Source: a virus
Virus record (IMG/VR): IMGVR_UViG_3300025669_002431
Length of the DNA: 64,000 nucleotides
Strand: one strand, 5' to 3'
The translations under genes were made by a program, and so were the position numbers. The stretch's first letter is position 1. Each line of letters opens with the position of its first letter. This document shows positions 23,914 to 34,073 of this stretch, one piece after another. The notes beneath the pieces were generated by a model that made no database searches, was not told the DNA's origin, and saw only the letters and a program-made list of their open reading frames with translations.

Positions 23914-24293
23914 TATATAGATTCCGTTCTAATTACTAAATCCCTTACTCTATGTTTCATATCTTGTATTACTTCAGAATTTCGTCTTAGTTGTTTGATC
24001 TTTTTTTCATGTACTATATAATCAGCATATGCGTCATATTCTTGTTTGGATACTATATTGTGTTTTAATGCTACATCTATAGGTAATTCAATTTCCCAAT
24101 ATATGTCATCCCAGCTATATAACTCATAATAGAAAAAGCGACCATCGGAAAATAGATAAAATATTTTTGCTGCGTCTTCTTCCATAATAACCGCAGTTCT
24201 ATCTATAAAGTTATCAAATCCAATTAATCTTCTTTCTCGAAGTCGTATATAATAGTCATCCTTTGTGAACTCAAATTTATCCACCAGTATCAA
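23913..24293 (-). CDS. hypothetical protein
   Basis: 126-aa ORF. Start overlaps the upstream stop. Confidence 0.35.
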   Translation of the reverse strand: MILVDKFEFTKDDYYIRLRERRLIGFDNFIDRTAVIMEEDAAKIFYLFSDGRFFYYELYSWDDIYWEIELPIDVALKHNIVSKQEYDAYADYIVHEKKIKQLRRNSEVIQDMKHRVRDLVIRTESI

Positions 24294-24618
24294 CTCCTTC
24301 TACATAAATCCCATCTGTTTCTTCCGATAATTGAAATATCTTTGATGTATTTCCGGTTACATAAAAGTATGTATTTTTACTAATTGAATCAAATATTGGT
24401 GGCTGTTCTATTTCAATATCATGATCGTTTAATAATTTCGCAAGAGAATTCCAATTCATTTTTTTAGATACTCTTAAAACAAGATTCAATCTTTCCTCCT
24501 ATAAACCCAATGTGAATCGCGTATATGATATTCATATTTTTTCTGAATTACTTTAAACCATGCCCAGTGTCCATCTACCTTAATAGGATACCAAGCATAC
24601 CAATCTTTCCATGTTACA

Positions 24619-25191
24619 TCATTCGAGTGACTCAGTCGGTACGATTTCCTTATTTTCCTCTTTTCCCACATGGCTATCAAACTCCTCTTTGAACTGCTTG
24701 AGGTCGCCTAAGACTTCCTCTAGAGTTAGGAAATCCTCTGCCGGTGCAGCCATTGCAGCTTCAAGTTGTTCAATTTTTTCTTTCACTGTCCTTTCCATAT
24801 GCTCTCTAGTGTATCCAAAGAATGTCATTTCATATAAAATAGCAGCAGCAACTTCTTCGTTTGAATATGAGTCTAATGTATCTTCATCTATTTCCATTGC
24901 CAATAATTCATCCCACATAGTAAATTCCATGGCATATGTTTCAGTGTCTCCTTCTACTCGACCCCATACATAATACATATAATCATCTTTATCATGCTCA
25001 GTTGGTATATTCGCACCAACACATAATATATTATTTGTTTTTTCAGATGATGGTAAAATTTCTTTAATTTCATTAAAAGCTAATTGATATCCATCATCAC
25101 AACGGGGGTCATACTCTGCTAACACATCATCTATTATTATTTTCAAAACAGCTGTAAATTCTACGTTTTTTATTAATTCACTTAGATTCAT
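24619..25191 (-). CDS. hypothetical acidic protein
   Basis: 190-aa ORF, strongly acidic. Confidence 0.35.
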   Translation of the reverse strand: MNLSELIKNVEFTAVLKIIIDDVLAEYDPRCDDGYQLAFNEIKEILPSSEKTNNILCVGANIPTEHDKDDYMYYVWGRVEGDTETYAMEFTMWDELLAMEIDEDTLDSYSNEEVAAAILYEMTFFGYTREHMERTVKEKIEQLEAAMAAPAEDFLTLEEVLGDLKQFKEEFDSHVGKEENKEIVPTESLE

Positions 25192-25200
25192 TAACTTCTC

Positions 25201-25722
25201 CTAGAAGGTTAAGGCCGAATCCCATACTGAGTCTTCAAGTTTTCCGGATAATATGCAATGCTTGACGATCAGTTTCATTATCTTTTTTACTTTGTGAAGG
25301 TCGATCTCATTTCCTACACGCACCTCTTGTTCGATATTGGTAAGGGGTGTACCCAATAGAAGGGAGTAAATGACATGATAAATTCTATATTCTTTTTTGA
25401 ATATGTCGGCTCGCCTACTCATTGGACCATGCCATCCGATAGTTCTTTGATTTATTTTTATGTCAATATGCATATCTTGTATTTCCAACATCATTGCCAT
25501 CAATAGTGTTTTCATTTCATCCATTATCCTCCAATAAATATCTCTTTCGTGATCATTGGGAAGAGCCAAGCCTCTGTCTCCATGAACCAATGAATCAATG
25601 TGACCTAACCCATAATTTACAATATTATCAATCATTTCTACTGGAAAAGGAATACGTTCATCCGATACATGTTTGTCCATACAAACTGTGAGTGAATCCT
25701 GTTTCGCCATTTTAACCGCCAT
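25201..25722 (-). CDS. hypothetical protein
   Basis: 173-aa ORF. Confidence 0.35.
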   Translation of the reverse strand: MAVKMAKQDSLTVCMDKHVSDERIPFPVEMIDNIVNYGLGHIDSLVHGDRGLALPNDHERDIYWRIMDEMKTLLMAMMLEIQDMHIDIKINQRTIGWHGPMSRRADIFKKEYRIYHVIYSLLLGTPLTNIEQEVRVGNEIDLHKVKKIMKLIVKHCILSGKLEDSVWDSALTF

Positions 25723-26221
25723 GATAAACCTCCTTGGGAACGCTTCTTGCTATACGGGTTCTACAAATCTTTTGACAATTGATTATATCTATACCATCAA
25801 ATTCTGGATCGGTTTCTACGTCTAAAATTCCAGTTTCGAATTTTTCTGCATTTGAAACTTCTTGTAATGTTAAACTTGCTCTTTGTGACCCTCTGTAACT
25901 TCGTCTATTACTTTTACACATATAACATGAACACTTCCTTATATTGTTTGCTAACATTCTTATCTCATCTCTGGAGTGTAGTCGTATCATATCATCAATT
26001 AAATAACACACGAATAGTTCGCTTTCATCAAATAATTTTTCGTCTCCAAAATATCTATTTATATGAATTACTTCTGTATTCTCCCTACCAAAACCAAAAT
26101 ACATATCCCCTTTTTGAGGGCCAGTTCGGTGTATACACCGTTTAACATATAAATTATGTTGTATTGCCTGTTGCCGCAATAACCGTCTCATTAATCGTTT
26201 AGGTAACTTAGACTTAGGCAT
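25712..26221 (-). CDS. hypothetical protein
   Basis: 169-aa ORF, basic N-terminus. Confidence 0.35.
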   Translation of the reverse strand: MPKSKLPKRLMRRLLRQQAIQHNLYVKRCIHRTGPQKGDMYFGFGRENTEVIHINRYFGDEKLFDESELFVCYLIDDMIRLHSRDEIRMLANNIRKCSCYMCKSNRRSYRGSQRASLTLQEVSNAEKFETGILDVETDPEFDGIDIINCQKICRTRIARSVPKEVYHGG

Positions 26222-26264
26222 AATTCTATCCTCCTGGGTTAGATAAAAAACCTATTAATAAATG

Positions 26265-26606
26265 TTATATTGCTAATCCAATTAATACTCCTATGCCAAA
26301 CAAGAAAACAGTCCACCCCACAAATATTACGAATAATATTATATTTTTCCCATTGGTTATGGCTTGTTCATCAATATGCTCGCGATGTTTATCCATGCGT
26401 CTCATTTCTTTTCCTGTAAGCCTTCTATGTCGTGGCTTGGCGTTGATAATTTCTTCAACATCCCCTAATAAGGGGTTAGGAGTAGGTTTAATTAGTGCGG
26501 CCTGCGCCCGCTCCTGTGCGTCAAATATTCGTGAACGTTCAGCAAAATCAGGATCAGTTCTTCTCATAAACTCTTCACATGTTTCATTAGCTTCACTATG
26601 TCTCAC
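26265..26606 (-). CDS. C-terminally membrane-anchored protein
   Basis: 113 aa. C-terminal TM NIILFVIFVGWTVFLFGIGVLIGLAI. Confidence 0.35.
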   Translation of the reverse strand: MRHSEANETCEEFMRRTDPDFAERSRIFDAQERAQAALIKPTPNPLLGDVEEIINAKPRHRRLTGKEMRRMDKHREHIDEQAITNGKNIILFVIFVGWTVFLFGIGVLIGLAI

Positions 26607-26674
26607 GATGTAATTTTGTAATCCTGGATCCTCTTACTGTTGCATCTTCCCGTCCTTGACCATTTGGTAATTCG

Positions 26675-27229
26675 CTAAGGTGTACTGGAGGGCGACGTGG
26701 TGAGGTTCCCATATGTTCTTTTCCTTTCTTCTATTTCTTTCCCTCCCCATGTTGGTGGTGGGATACATCTCTTCCATTTATGAAGCAAACATTCCCAGTT
26801 CGCCTTATATACATCTTTGTTATATTTATATCTGAAGTTTGGTAATCTATTAGTGTTATGATACACAGAATCATAATACCAATCATAAAATTGTTGCTTG
26901 ATTAACCCTTCCCACATAGAAACTCCTATCTTATTAAAATATTCTAACTTGCTTTCTTGTGGGCATAACTCATCTGGAAATCTATACTTAAACTCTCTTA
27001 TAAGACATATAAGAAGCGATAAGGTCCATTTATAATTATCATATGATTTCGCTGTCCAGTTTAAAAATGTATGACCTGTCTCAGATGTTTTTATCGGCAT
27101 ACTAATACCTGACATATTCAAACAGTTTGATAATACATTAGTAATATCTTTAATCGATAGAGCTAATAATTTATCGTCTAGTACTTTTGCACAAACTGAT
27201 GGGTTGCGAGATACCGGGTAAACATTCAT
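26675..27229 (-). CDS. hypothetical protein
   Basis: 184-aa ORF. Confidence 0.35.
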   Translation of the reverse strand: MNVYPVSRNPSVCAKVLDDKLLALSIKDITNVLSNCLNMSGISMPIKTSETGHTFLNWTAKSYDNYKWTLSLLICLIREFKYRFPDELCPQESKLEYFNKIGVSMWEGLIKQQFYDWYYDSVYHNTNRLPNFRYKYNKDVYKANWECLLHKWKRCIPPPTWGGKEIEERKRTYGNLTTSPSSTP

Positions 27230-27230
27230 G

Positions 27231-27773
27231 TTACATATCCGTTTGTTTTAGATCGTCACACATTCCTAGTTTAAGGGCATCCTCTGCAGTTAGCCATTTA
27301 TCAGTAGTCCCTAGCAAATCTCGTCTTATTATTGCCAATGGAAGTCCTGTACACTTTACATAGTGTGCCTCTATTCGTTCAGTTAAGAACTCAAAATGAT
27401 CTTTAATACTTATTAATTCATGTGCCTTTCCTTTCATACCGGAAGTGTACTGGTGGCTCATAATTGATGTATTCGGAGTAAAAGTTCTTTTTCCTTTTTC
27501 CCCATTCATAAATATCATTAAAGCTGCGGATGCAACCACTCCTAACCCAACTACATGTATAGGTAATTTTGAAGAGTTCATTGCGTCTACTATACTAAAT
27601 CCTGCATACATATCTCCACCAGAACTATGAATCATTAATGTCAGGTGTTCTAATCCATTATCCTCTAAATTATGAAACAATATAAATTCTGTTAAATTGG
27701 TTGCCAATTCAACATCTATATCTCCAAATAATTGAAAAACTCCATATTGATCCAGTCTACTTTTCTCTGTCAT
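27231..27773 (-). CDS. clpP: ClpP-like serine protease (S14 family)
   Basis: Aligns to ClpP: SSGGDMYAGFSIVDAM (as INSPGG...YD), Ser in GVVASAALMIF, His in IMSHQYTSG, Asp in WLTAEDALKLGMCDD. Confidence 0.72.
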   Translation of the reverse strand: MTEKSRLDQYGVFQLFGDIDVELATNLTEFILFHNLEDNGLEHLTLMIHSSGGDMYAGFSIVDAMNSSKLPIHVVGLGVVASAALMIFMNGEKGKRTFTPNTSIMSHQYTSGMKGKAHELISIKDHFEFLTERIEAHYVKCTGLPLAIIRRDLLGTTDKWLTAEDALKLGMCDDLKQTDM

Positions 27774-27776
27774 ATG

Positions 27777-28427
27777 TTACTGCCTTTTCATTTTGTTTCG
27801 ATACACATATAAGTAGTCATGAATTCCTTCCCATTGTGGTATATTTACTTCATCTACAAGCTCAAAATAATTTTCGTTATTTATCAATTCTCCAAAGTCA
27901 TCACAACCAGTACACCCACCCCATCCTTCACCAACATATATTAGGTATTCACTTCTCAATAGTCTAATACAATTTAAGGCCATTGGTTCTGCGTATGGTG
28001 GCCAACAAAGCAATAGATTTCTATCAGGATAATCTAATATTGTATTTTCATGACCATCTTCTATCTCTGTAAATTCTATAACTTCTACTGGTTGTCCAGT
28101 TCTGCCAGATTTACCTTCTCTAAATGATGCATAATTTTTTCTTGTAATTTTTTTATCAACTGCTATAATATCTACCCCCATTTCTTTTAGAAGCATTGCC
28201 CAATATCCTCGGCCCGCTCCAATTTCTATTATTGGTCCATATTTCGCAATGCATCCTAGCGCTGCCAAGTTCGGTACCGCGAATGAATATTTTTCTATAA
28301 GCCTCCATCTATGATCTATAAATTCAGAAGGGTCTTTCATTTCTAGTATATGTTCTAAATATTTATCCCCATTACATGCATTAAATTCATCAAGATATTC
28401 TATTTTAGCCGGGGCCGATATTACCAT
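27777..28427 (-). CDS. Rossmann-fold SAM-dependent methyltransferase-like protein
   Basis: Motif I IIEIGAGRGYWAML, acidic loop IIAVDKK, then LLCWPPY resembling the (D/N/S)PPY amino-MTase motif but with Trp in the first position. Confidence 0.45.
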   Translation of the reverse strand: MVISAPAKIEYLDEFNACNGDKYLEHILEMKDPSEFIDHRWRLIEKYSFAVPNLAALGCIAKYGPIIEIGAGRGYWAMLLKEMGVDIIAVDKKITRKNYASFREGKSGRTGQPVEVIEFTEIEDGHENTILDYPDRNLLLCWPPYAEPMALNCIRLLRSEYLIYVGEGWGGCTGCDDFGELINNENYFELVDEVNIPQWEGIHDYLYVYRNKMKRQ

Positions 28428-28839
28428 CCTCTTTTTCCTTATCCTTTAGAACTACTATCCAGTCATCCCATATTTTTGATTCAACGTATACCCCCAACGC
28501 TTCAATCCTTAAATCTAATTCTTGTTTTTTATTAGTATTGATTATTTCAAATAATAAACTAACTGATTCTTCTGGAAATTCTACTGACAGTATGCACTGG
28601 TTCAAAAACGATTGAGGATAATCATCTTCATAAAATTCAAAGAGATCGAATATTTTTACAAACATAGGAAGGATCCAGCTGTTTCCTTCAGCATTACTTC
28701 TCTCAGCAGGAGAAATATCATTAATATCGCAACAACGAAATAAAACTTCTTGAAATGTTTTATAATCGTTTTCTTTTAAGAAATCTAGTATTTCTATTTT
28801 AAGATTGTTCGGCTTCTGAAAAAATAGTATTCTTCTCAT
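28405..28839 (-). CDS. hypothetical protein
   Basis: 144-aa ORF. Confidence 0.35.
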   Translation of the reverse strand: MRRILFFQKPNNLKIEILDFLKENDYKTFQEVLFRCCDINDISPAERSNAEGNSWILPMFVKIFDLFEFYEDDYPQSFLNQCILSVEFPEESVSLLFEIINTNKKQELDLRIEALGVYVESKIWDDWIVVLKDKEKEDGNIGPG

Positions 28840-28858
28840 TTAATCTCCTTTCATATAA

Positions 28859-29452
28859 TTACCATCTCTTTTTATTAAATTCTTTATTACGAATTCTTAC
28901 TGAATCTTTGTTTAGAGATCCATAATTCTCAGTTAAAGAATGGCAATTTGGACACAATAAATCTAAATTATGTTCTTTAGAGTTTCTAGCATCCCCATCT
29001 ATATGATGTATTGATAATGGAATATTTCCAGATGTTGAATTTATTTCACTCCATCCACATCTACTACATTTATTATCATATTTCTCAAACATATACCTTC
29101 TAATAAATTTTAATAGTGTATAATCTTTTCCGGTATATCCAGGAATTAATTCGCTTTTCCAATTTTTGATTCTTATTTTATATTGATGTTCTCTACAGCA
29201 TTCTTGAGAACAGTATTTTTTACCCCTATTTTTAATAATATTTTTACATTCTATACATACATATTCAATTGAATTTTTTAAATGGGGCCCTCTTTTACAA
29301 TTTTTTAATTTTTCTGATGTTCTATTATTATATAAAGCTGAACAACTACTATTGCAGAATTTTTTCTTCCCACTTAATATTTTATTACACTCTAAACATG
29401 TATGAGTCATACATGATTCATAATGCCTAGAATAATTTGAGGCACAATACAT
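28859..29452 (-). CDS. HNH homing endonuclease with Cys-rich repeats (paralog family 1)
   Basis: HNH motif LSIHHIDGDARNSKEHNLDLLCPNCHSLTENYG. FCNSSCSALYNNR-type repeats. Confidence 0.8.
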   Translation of the reverse strand: MYCASNYSRHYESCMTHTCLECNKILSGKKKFCNSSCSALYNNRTSEKLKNCKRGPHLKNSIEYVCIECKNIIKNRGKKYCSQECCREHQYKIRIKNWKSELIPGYTGKDYTLLKFIRRYMFEKYDNKCSRCGWSEINSTSGNIPLSIHHIDGDARNSKEHNLDLLCPNCHSLTENYGSLNKDSVRIRNKEFNKKRW

Positions 29453-29453
29453 T

Positions 29454-29530
29454 GCGCAAGAAGTTATTAACAGTCTTATCTAGCTGATACAAAAAGAAAT
29501 GTGCTCACAACACATTTCTTTTTTTGTTTC
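29454..29530 (+). repeat. 76-nt conserved element, copy 2 (hairpin + T9), abutting the HNH start
   Basis: gcgcaagaagttattaacag...gaaatgtg-ctcacaa-cacatttc-ttttttttt. About 85% identical to 1639..1714. Confidence 0.7.
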
Positions 29531-30038
29531 ATTTTCCCTTAAAGTCGGGTAGACAATTCCCATTATCGGGTTTCTTACTCATAATATCTTTTAGTTGATC
29601 AAAACTAATAGGTGTAAACTTATTACTATCAACTCCAACGTCATGACTCTTTCCAATGGATGGAAGAGTACCATGACTGTGTCCATATAGATGCCAACTG
29701 TTACGATGAGAATTATCCCATACTCTCATAGCATAATGACATAGTATTAACCTTCTACCTTCATGTCTTAAAATAATTATCTGAGGCAATCTTGGAAATA
29801 TTTGATTAATATCTTTATCGTGATTTCCTTGACAAAATATAATTTTACCATTTAACCTAAGAAGCATTTGATTTGTTTTAATTGTAGAATTATAAAAGCT
29901 AAAATCTCCAAGATGATATACAGTATCTCCAGATGATACAACACTGTTCCAATTCTTTACCATAGTTTCATCCATCTCTTCTTTGGATTTAAATGGACGA
30001 TTACAATACTTTATAATATTTTTATGCGAAAAATTCAA
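29529..30038 (-). CDS. calcineurin-like metallophosphoesterase
   Basis: MPP motifs GDxxY/GDF (HLGDFSFY), GNHD and GHSHG. Confidence 0.8.
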   Translation of the reverse strand: MNFSHKNIIKYCNRPFKSKEEMDETMVKNWNSVVSSGDTVYHLGDFSFYNSTIKTNQMLLRLNGKIIFCQGNHDKDINQIFPRLPQIIILRHEGRRLILCHYAMRVWDNSHRNSWHLYGHSHGTLPSIGKSHDVGVDSNKFTPISFDQLKDIMSKKPDNGNCLPDFKGK

Positions 30039-30119
30039 TGGGTGTCAGCTGTAAAAAATATATTACCACTGACACCAATTCCTCCTCTTATGTTCTTACC
30101 CATCTTTCTCCTTGTATCG

Positions 30120-30812
30120 CTATAAACTAAAAAATGTCCAACCATCAACTCGATCATTTACGAATTGAATGCTTATAAACCCGCTACTTTCTCCTCTAAA
30201 CATATTCCCAGTCCACTCCCAGTTCATTGTACGATGAATATCACCATCCCCCCAATTCATTTCCATACCTTTCTTACCATGTACACCCATTATTCTTACT
30301 ACTTGATTATATGTCATTCCTTTTTTAAGTTTATTGACATATGATTGTGGATTGAATGATGAGTTATTTCTTTTAGATGGTTCGTACTGTGGTGTAACCG
30401 ATTTAGTATGTTTTGGTTTAGATGACATGTCATCTATCATTGATGGTGGCTTGACTATTTTTTTAGGTAATTCTGCTGGTATTGGTGCTGGTGTAGTGGA
30501 TGTTGGTGGTTGTCCTATTTGAGATGTATTATTAACATCAACCATTATACATGTCGTTACAAAAATACTAAATATTAAAATCAATCCTCCACATCCTATT
30601 CTACCTATATTCTTCCTAAATACATCAAATTTAGCAGTCCATGTAAGATCAGGTACTTCAATTTCATGATTGCAGTGTCTACATTTTCCAGTCGTATTAG
30701 CATATTGATCTGGAATATTAAGATAATGTCCACAATTATGACAAGTGAAATTAATCATAAATGTTGTTTCCTTTCTAATATCTTTTTCTATTGTCCGGTC
30801 TTCCATTCCCAT
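30120..30812 (-). CDS. membrane protein with N-terminal zinc ribbon and Pro/Thr-rich linker
   Basis: CHNCGHY...CRHCNHE ribbon, one TM (GGLILIFSIFVTTCIMV), then a PPTSTTPAPIPAELP linker and a C-terminal domain. Confidence 0.4.
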   Translation of the reverse strand: MGMEDRTIEKDIRKETTFMINFTCHNCGHYLNIPDQYANTTGKCRHCNHEIEVPDLTWTAKFDVFRKNIGRIGCGGLILIFSIFVTTCIMVDVNNTSQIGQPPTSTTPAPIPAELPKKIVKPPSMIDDMSSKPKHTKSVTPQYEPSKRNNSSFNPQSYVNKLKKGMTYNQVVRIMGVHGKKGMEMNWGDGDIHRTMNWEWTGNMFRGESSGFISIQFVNDRVDGWTFFSL

Positions 30813-31542
30813 TATTTAATATCCCATAATTTTCAGTTAGAGAATGACAATTTGGACATAACATCCTAAGATTATCTGGCTTATTATTTTTCCAGTTACC
30901 ATCTATATGATCTAAATGAATAGGAACTTTACCAGTGATTTGATGGATTTTATCCCAACTACACATAGAACATTTTTTTCCATCTCTTTCTATGATATAA
31001 TTTCTTACAAATGTAGCGGTTTGAACTTTACCATACATACCATTAGTTTCACCAGATATCCATTTTTCTACATTTTTTATATATTTATTATATCCAGCGC
31101 ATTTATGAGAACAAAACTTTCGAGGTCGCCCCTTAAATTTTATTCCACATTGTTGACATATATAATTTCCATCTTCATCAGAATGTATTTTATTTTTACT
31201 TATCGGTCCTCTTCGGCATGATTTAAGTCCTTCAGAATTTTTATTATTATATATTCCAGCACATTTATGAGAACAAAACTTTGCTCTATTATCTTTTGAT
31301 GTTAGTTTTTCACCACACTCTAAACAGAAGTTCTCTCGTTTACATGCATTTAAATGTTTTTTATGATTTGCTTTTAATATTTTTTTATTACAATTTTCAC
31401 ATATTTTGAATCTATTTTCAGTTATTCTACTAGTTTTTTTCTTTATTTCTGGGCAAGAAGACCAGTGTTTTGAACAACACCATTTACCATTTTTTAATTG
31501 ATATTTACCTTCATTCCCACAACCATAATTACATAAAATCAT
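30775..31542 (-). CDS. HNH homing endonuclease with Cys-rich repeats (paralog family 1)
   Basis: HNH motif IHLDHIDGNWKNNKPDNLRMLCPNCHSLTENYG. FCSHKCAGIYNNK repeats. Confidence 0.8.
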   Translation of the reverse strand: MILCNYGCGNEGKYQLKNGKWCCSKHWSSCPEIKKKTSRITENRFKICENCNKKILKANHKKHLNACKRENFCLECGEKLTSKDNRAKFCSHKCAGIYNNKNSEGLKSCRRGPISKNKIHSDEDGNYICQQCGIKFKGRPRKFCSHKCAGYNKYIKNVEKWISGETNGMYGKVQTATFVRNYIIERDGKKCSMCSWDKIHQITGKVPIHLDHIDGNWKNNKPDNLRMLCPNCHSLTENYGILNNGNGRPDNRKRY

Positions 31543-31611
31543 AGGACAAATACTCCTTTTATATATTTGTCCTCAAAATTTTAAGAGCAATAAATGTGAT
31601 TCAAATTAAAG

Positions 31612-31685
31612 TGGAGCAGGCGGAGGGAATCGAACCCTCGTGTCAAGATTGGAAATCTTGAATTTTACCACTAAAGTACGCCTGC
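31612..31685 (-). tRNA. tRNA-Gly (anticodon TCC)
   Basis: Acceptor GCAGGCG/CGCCTGC, anticodon arm CAAGA-TTTCCAA-TCTTG, T-arm GAGGG-TTCGATT-CCCTC, TCCA. Confidence 0.7.
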
Positions 31686-31691
31686 GGGTTA

Positions 31692-32231
31692 TTACTTTTC
31701 TTTCTTCTTCTTGCCAATAGAAAGGTCGACGTTTGAGATAACCGATAACATATCCCCAAGAAATATCGAAACCAGCTCGTTCCTTTGGAGACTAATTTGT
31801 TTATCCTTACCGGATTTTAGGCCTTGTCCAAGCTGATTGAATATATCCTGTCTAAGTTCCCAAGGAACTACTACATTTAACTCAGTTATATCGTGTTCTT
31901 CACCTCGGAAAATAAATCTACCGGGGTCTATTTCTCCCTTTTGTTTAAATTCTACTATAGTTTCACCATCATTTGATAATGTGGGCATGGGTCCAGCGTC
32001 ACCAGACGGCCATTTGGAAACCCATAGCATTAATTTTGAGGCATAATCTTCATTGAGAACATTATCATTTTTTGCAAACGCTACTGCTGCTAAGCACGAT
32101 GATAATATATTTACATCTTGCTGTGTTTTGAATAATTTATAAGTGCGTTTGAGACCACCAAGAAGAAAGTCTAAACCGGGCTCATCGTCCCCTTGATCTC
32201 CTTGATCTTCCATTTCTTTTCCAAAAAACAT
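31692..32231 (-). CDS. hypothetical protein
   Basis: 179-aa ORF. Confidence 0.35.
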   Translation of the reverse strand: MFFGKEMEDQGDQGDDEPGLDFLLGGLKRTYKLFKTQQDVNILSSCLAAVAFAKNDNVLNEDYASKLMLWVSKWPSGDAGPMPTLSNDGETIVEFKQKGEIDPGRFIFRGEEHDITELNVVVPWELRQDIFNQLGQGLKSGKDKQISLQRNELVSIFLGDMLSVISNVDLSIGKKKKEK

Positions 32232-32246
32232 ATTATATTTCTCTCC

Positions 32247-32963
32247 TTATGTCCGAAGCCAACACCAAGTTACACTCTCTCGTATGCGATGAGATATCGA
32301 GTCTAAACATTTGATTCTTGCATCTCCAATTTTTCCTTCTGCATAATAATGCCAATGCCCACAATATATTAAACTGGGTTTATTTTCTTGTACTATATAT
32401 GATAACGCCTCTCTAGACGGATCTTCTACTTCAATACAATCATCTAATGGTGTAAATTCAGTAGGGGTAGTATGACAGATTAAAATGTCTATTTTTTCTT
32501 TTGTCAATTTAACTAGATCCATGTAACTGATAGTTTCTTCTGGAAACCAATCATGTCCTAGTATTCTTATATCTGCGTCAATTGATGTAGCACCACCCAT
32601 AAATAATACATTTCTTCCATCTGGAAGATATAGGACAGTATTTCTTGGAGCATAAAAAATATTTTTCTCAACCTCTAAGTCGCCTATTTTTAAACTATTG
32701 AGTCCCCACCAGTGTTCATGGTTTCCGCCACAGAATACAATTTCTGCACCGCGAAGATTTATAGCACTCATAGGAGGACCACCAAAATAATCAGTTTGTG
32801 GCCAGTATCCGAAATCACCGACTTGAAGTATTAATCTGGGTCTTTCTTGTTTTATTAGTTTGTTGAGCATTGGCCAATGACCGTGAACATCTCCAACAAT
32901 CATTATCCCATCACTTATATCTGTCCTAAAAATTGTTCTGCCTAGATCATTAGAGATCTTCAT
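32247..32963 (-). CDS. calcineurin-like metallophosphoesterase
   Basis: MPP motifs GDVHG, VGDFG, GGNHE and a His-rich C-terminus. Confidence 0.8.
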   Translation of the reverse strand: MKISNDLGRTIFRTDISDGIMIVGDVHGHWPMLNKLIKQERPRLILQVGDFGYWPQTDYFGGPPMSAINLRGAEIVFCGGNHEHWWGLNSLKIGDLEVEKNIFYAPRNTVLYLPDGRNVLFMGGATSIDADIRILGHDWFPEETISYMDLVKLTKEKIDILICHTTPTEFTPLDDCIEVEDPSREALSYIVQENKPSLIYCGHWHYYAEGKIGDARIKCLDSISHRIRESVTWCWLRT

Positions 32964-33180
32964 ATCCCATTACCACCTTTTTCTCTGTGAGTTCGTACTC
33001 TACTATCTCATAATCATCTGGGAATGTTATACCCACATCGAATTTAACTTGCTTCAATGCCCGCTCAGCCTTCCTTATAGTATTAAATATTCGGCCAAGC
33101 TCATTATGAATCCGTTTACCGTAGTGATTCGCGCCAATAAATAATCCATTTCTTTTATTTCTTACTTTCCAAACTATCAT
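32950..33180 (-). CDS. hypothetical protein
   Basis: 76-aa ORF. Confidence 0.3.
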   Translation of the reverse strand: MIVWKVRNKRNGLFIGANHYGKRIHNELGRIFNTIRKAERALKQVKFDVGITFPDDYEIVEYELTEKKVVMGYEDL

Positions 33181-33488
33181 ATTACAATTCCTTTCCTAAA
33201 TATTTTATTCGTAGTACCATGTACTCCAGCAGTACGATTAAATAATAATTTACATAACTCATATCCATAAAATGAAAAACTAGGTATATGTGTACCAGGC
33301 ATAGATCTACCAGATACTACTATTCTTTCTTGAACAATCTCCTTTATAATATCTGAATCTATCAGAAGTCTATAATTATATTCGCCCATTCTAAGTGAGC
33401 CATGTACAAAAGCAAGTCTTAATATATCATAACTATCATATAAATCTTTTAAATCTTGGTATCCATCCTTTAGATATATTGCCAACAT
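33177..33488 (-). CDS. hypothetical protein
   Basis: 103-aa ORF. Confidence 0.3.
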   Translation of the reverse strand: MLAIYLKDGYQDLKDLYDSYDILRLAFVHGSLRMGEYNYRLLIDSDIIKEIVQERIVVSGRSMPGTHIPSFSFYGYELCKLLFNRTAGVHGTTNKIFRKGIVI

Positions 33489-33539
33489 ATGCTATCCTTT
33501 TAGATTGGCAGGGGGACAGAATCCCCCCACCACTCACAA

Positions 33540-34061
33540 CTATTTCGAGTTGAACCCTACAACGGATACGTATGGATACCAGTTATCCTTCTCACCGTAA
33601 CAGGCGGCAAGGAGGCGTTCGAGAACGACTATTCCTGATAAGTCCTCATCATGATAGAATTTGAGAAGGAATTCGATCTTCTCTCTATCATTGTCCCAGT
33701 GAAGTAGGTGTGTGAAAAGCACCCGAGCTTCACCAATATAACAGCCTTCAGTTGTAACAATTTCCAGAATGTCGCTAATATCAAGACTATCGTTCCATTC
33801 ACTTCCACCACGGATAACGATATTTAACCCCTGCCTGAACATGGGGTTGCTAAAGGCCATTATATGATTACTAGGGCCCTCGTCATCCTCCTCTTCCTCA
33901 CCACCATCGTCGTCATCCGAAGTAACTTCGTCAACTAGAGGAGCCACTGATAACCCCTCCTCATGAATAATCATTTTATCGTCAAACTCTGATGGAACGT
34001 ATCCATCAACTAATCCTTGAACTTCTGTCTCGTATGTGGTCGTGTGAACACTACTATTCAT
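33540..34061 (-). CDS. hypothetical protein with poly-acidic tract
   Basis: DDDDGGEEEEDDEGP tract. 173 aa. Confidence 0.35.
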   Translation of the reverse strand: MNSSVHTTTYETEVQGLVDGYVPSEFDDKMIIHEEGLSVAPLVDEVTSDDDDGGEEEEDDEGPSNHIMAFSNPMFRQGLNIVIRGGSEWNDSLDISDILEIVTTEGCYIGEARVLFTHLLHWDNDREKIEFLLKFYHDEDLSGIVVLERLLAACYGEKDNWYPYVSVVGFNSK

Positions 34062-34073
34062 ATACTACCTTTC

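Noticed and set aside
30039-30119. 8-bp perfect inverted repeat (ggtgtcag/ctgacacc) with a 22-nt A/T loop in an intergenic gap
   Set aside because: Could be a terminator for the upstream HNH/MPP genes, but there is no U-tract on the coding (minus) strand. Left uncalled.
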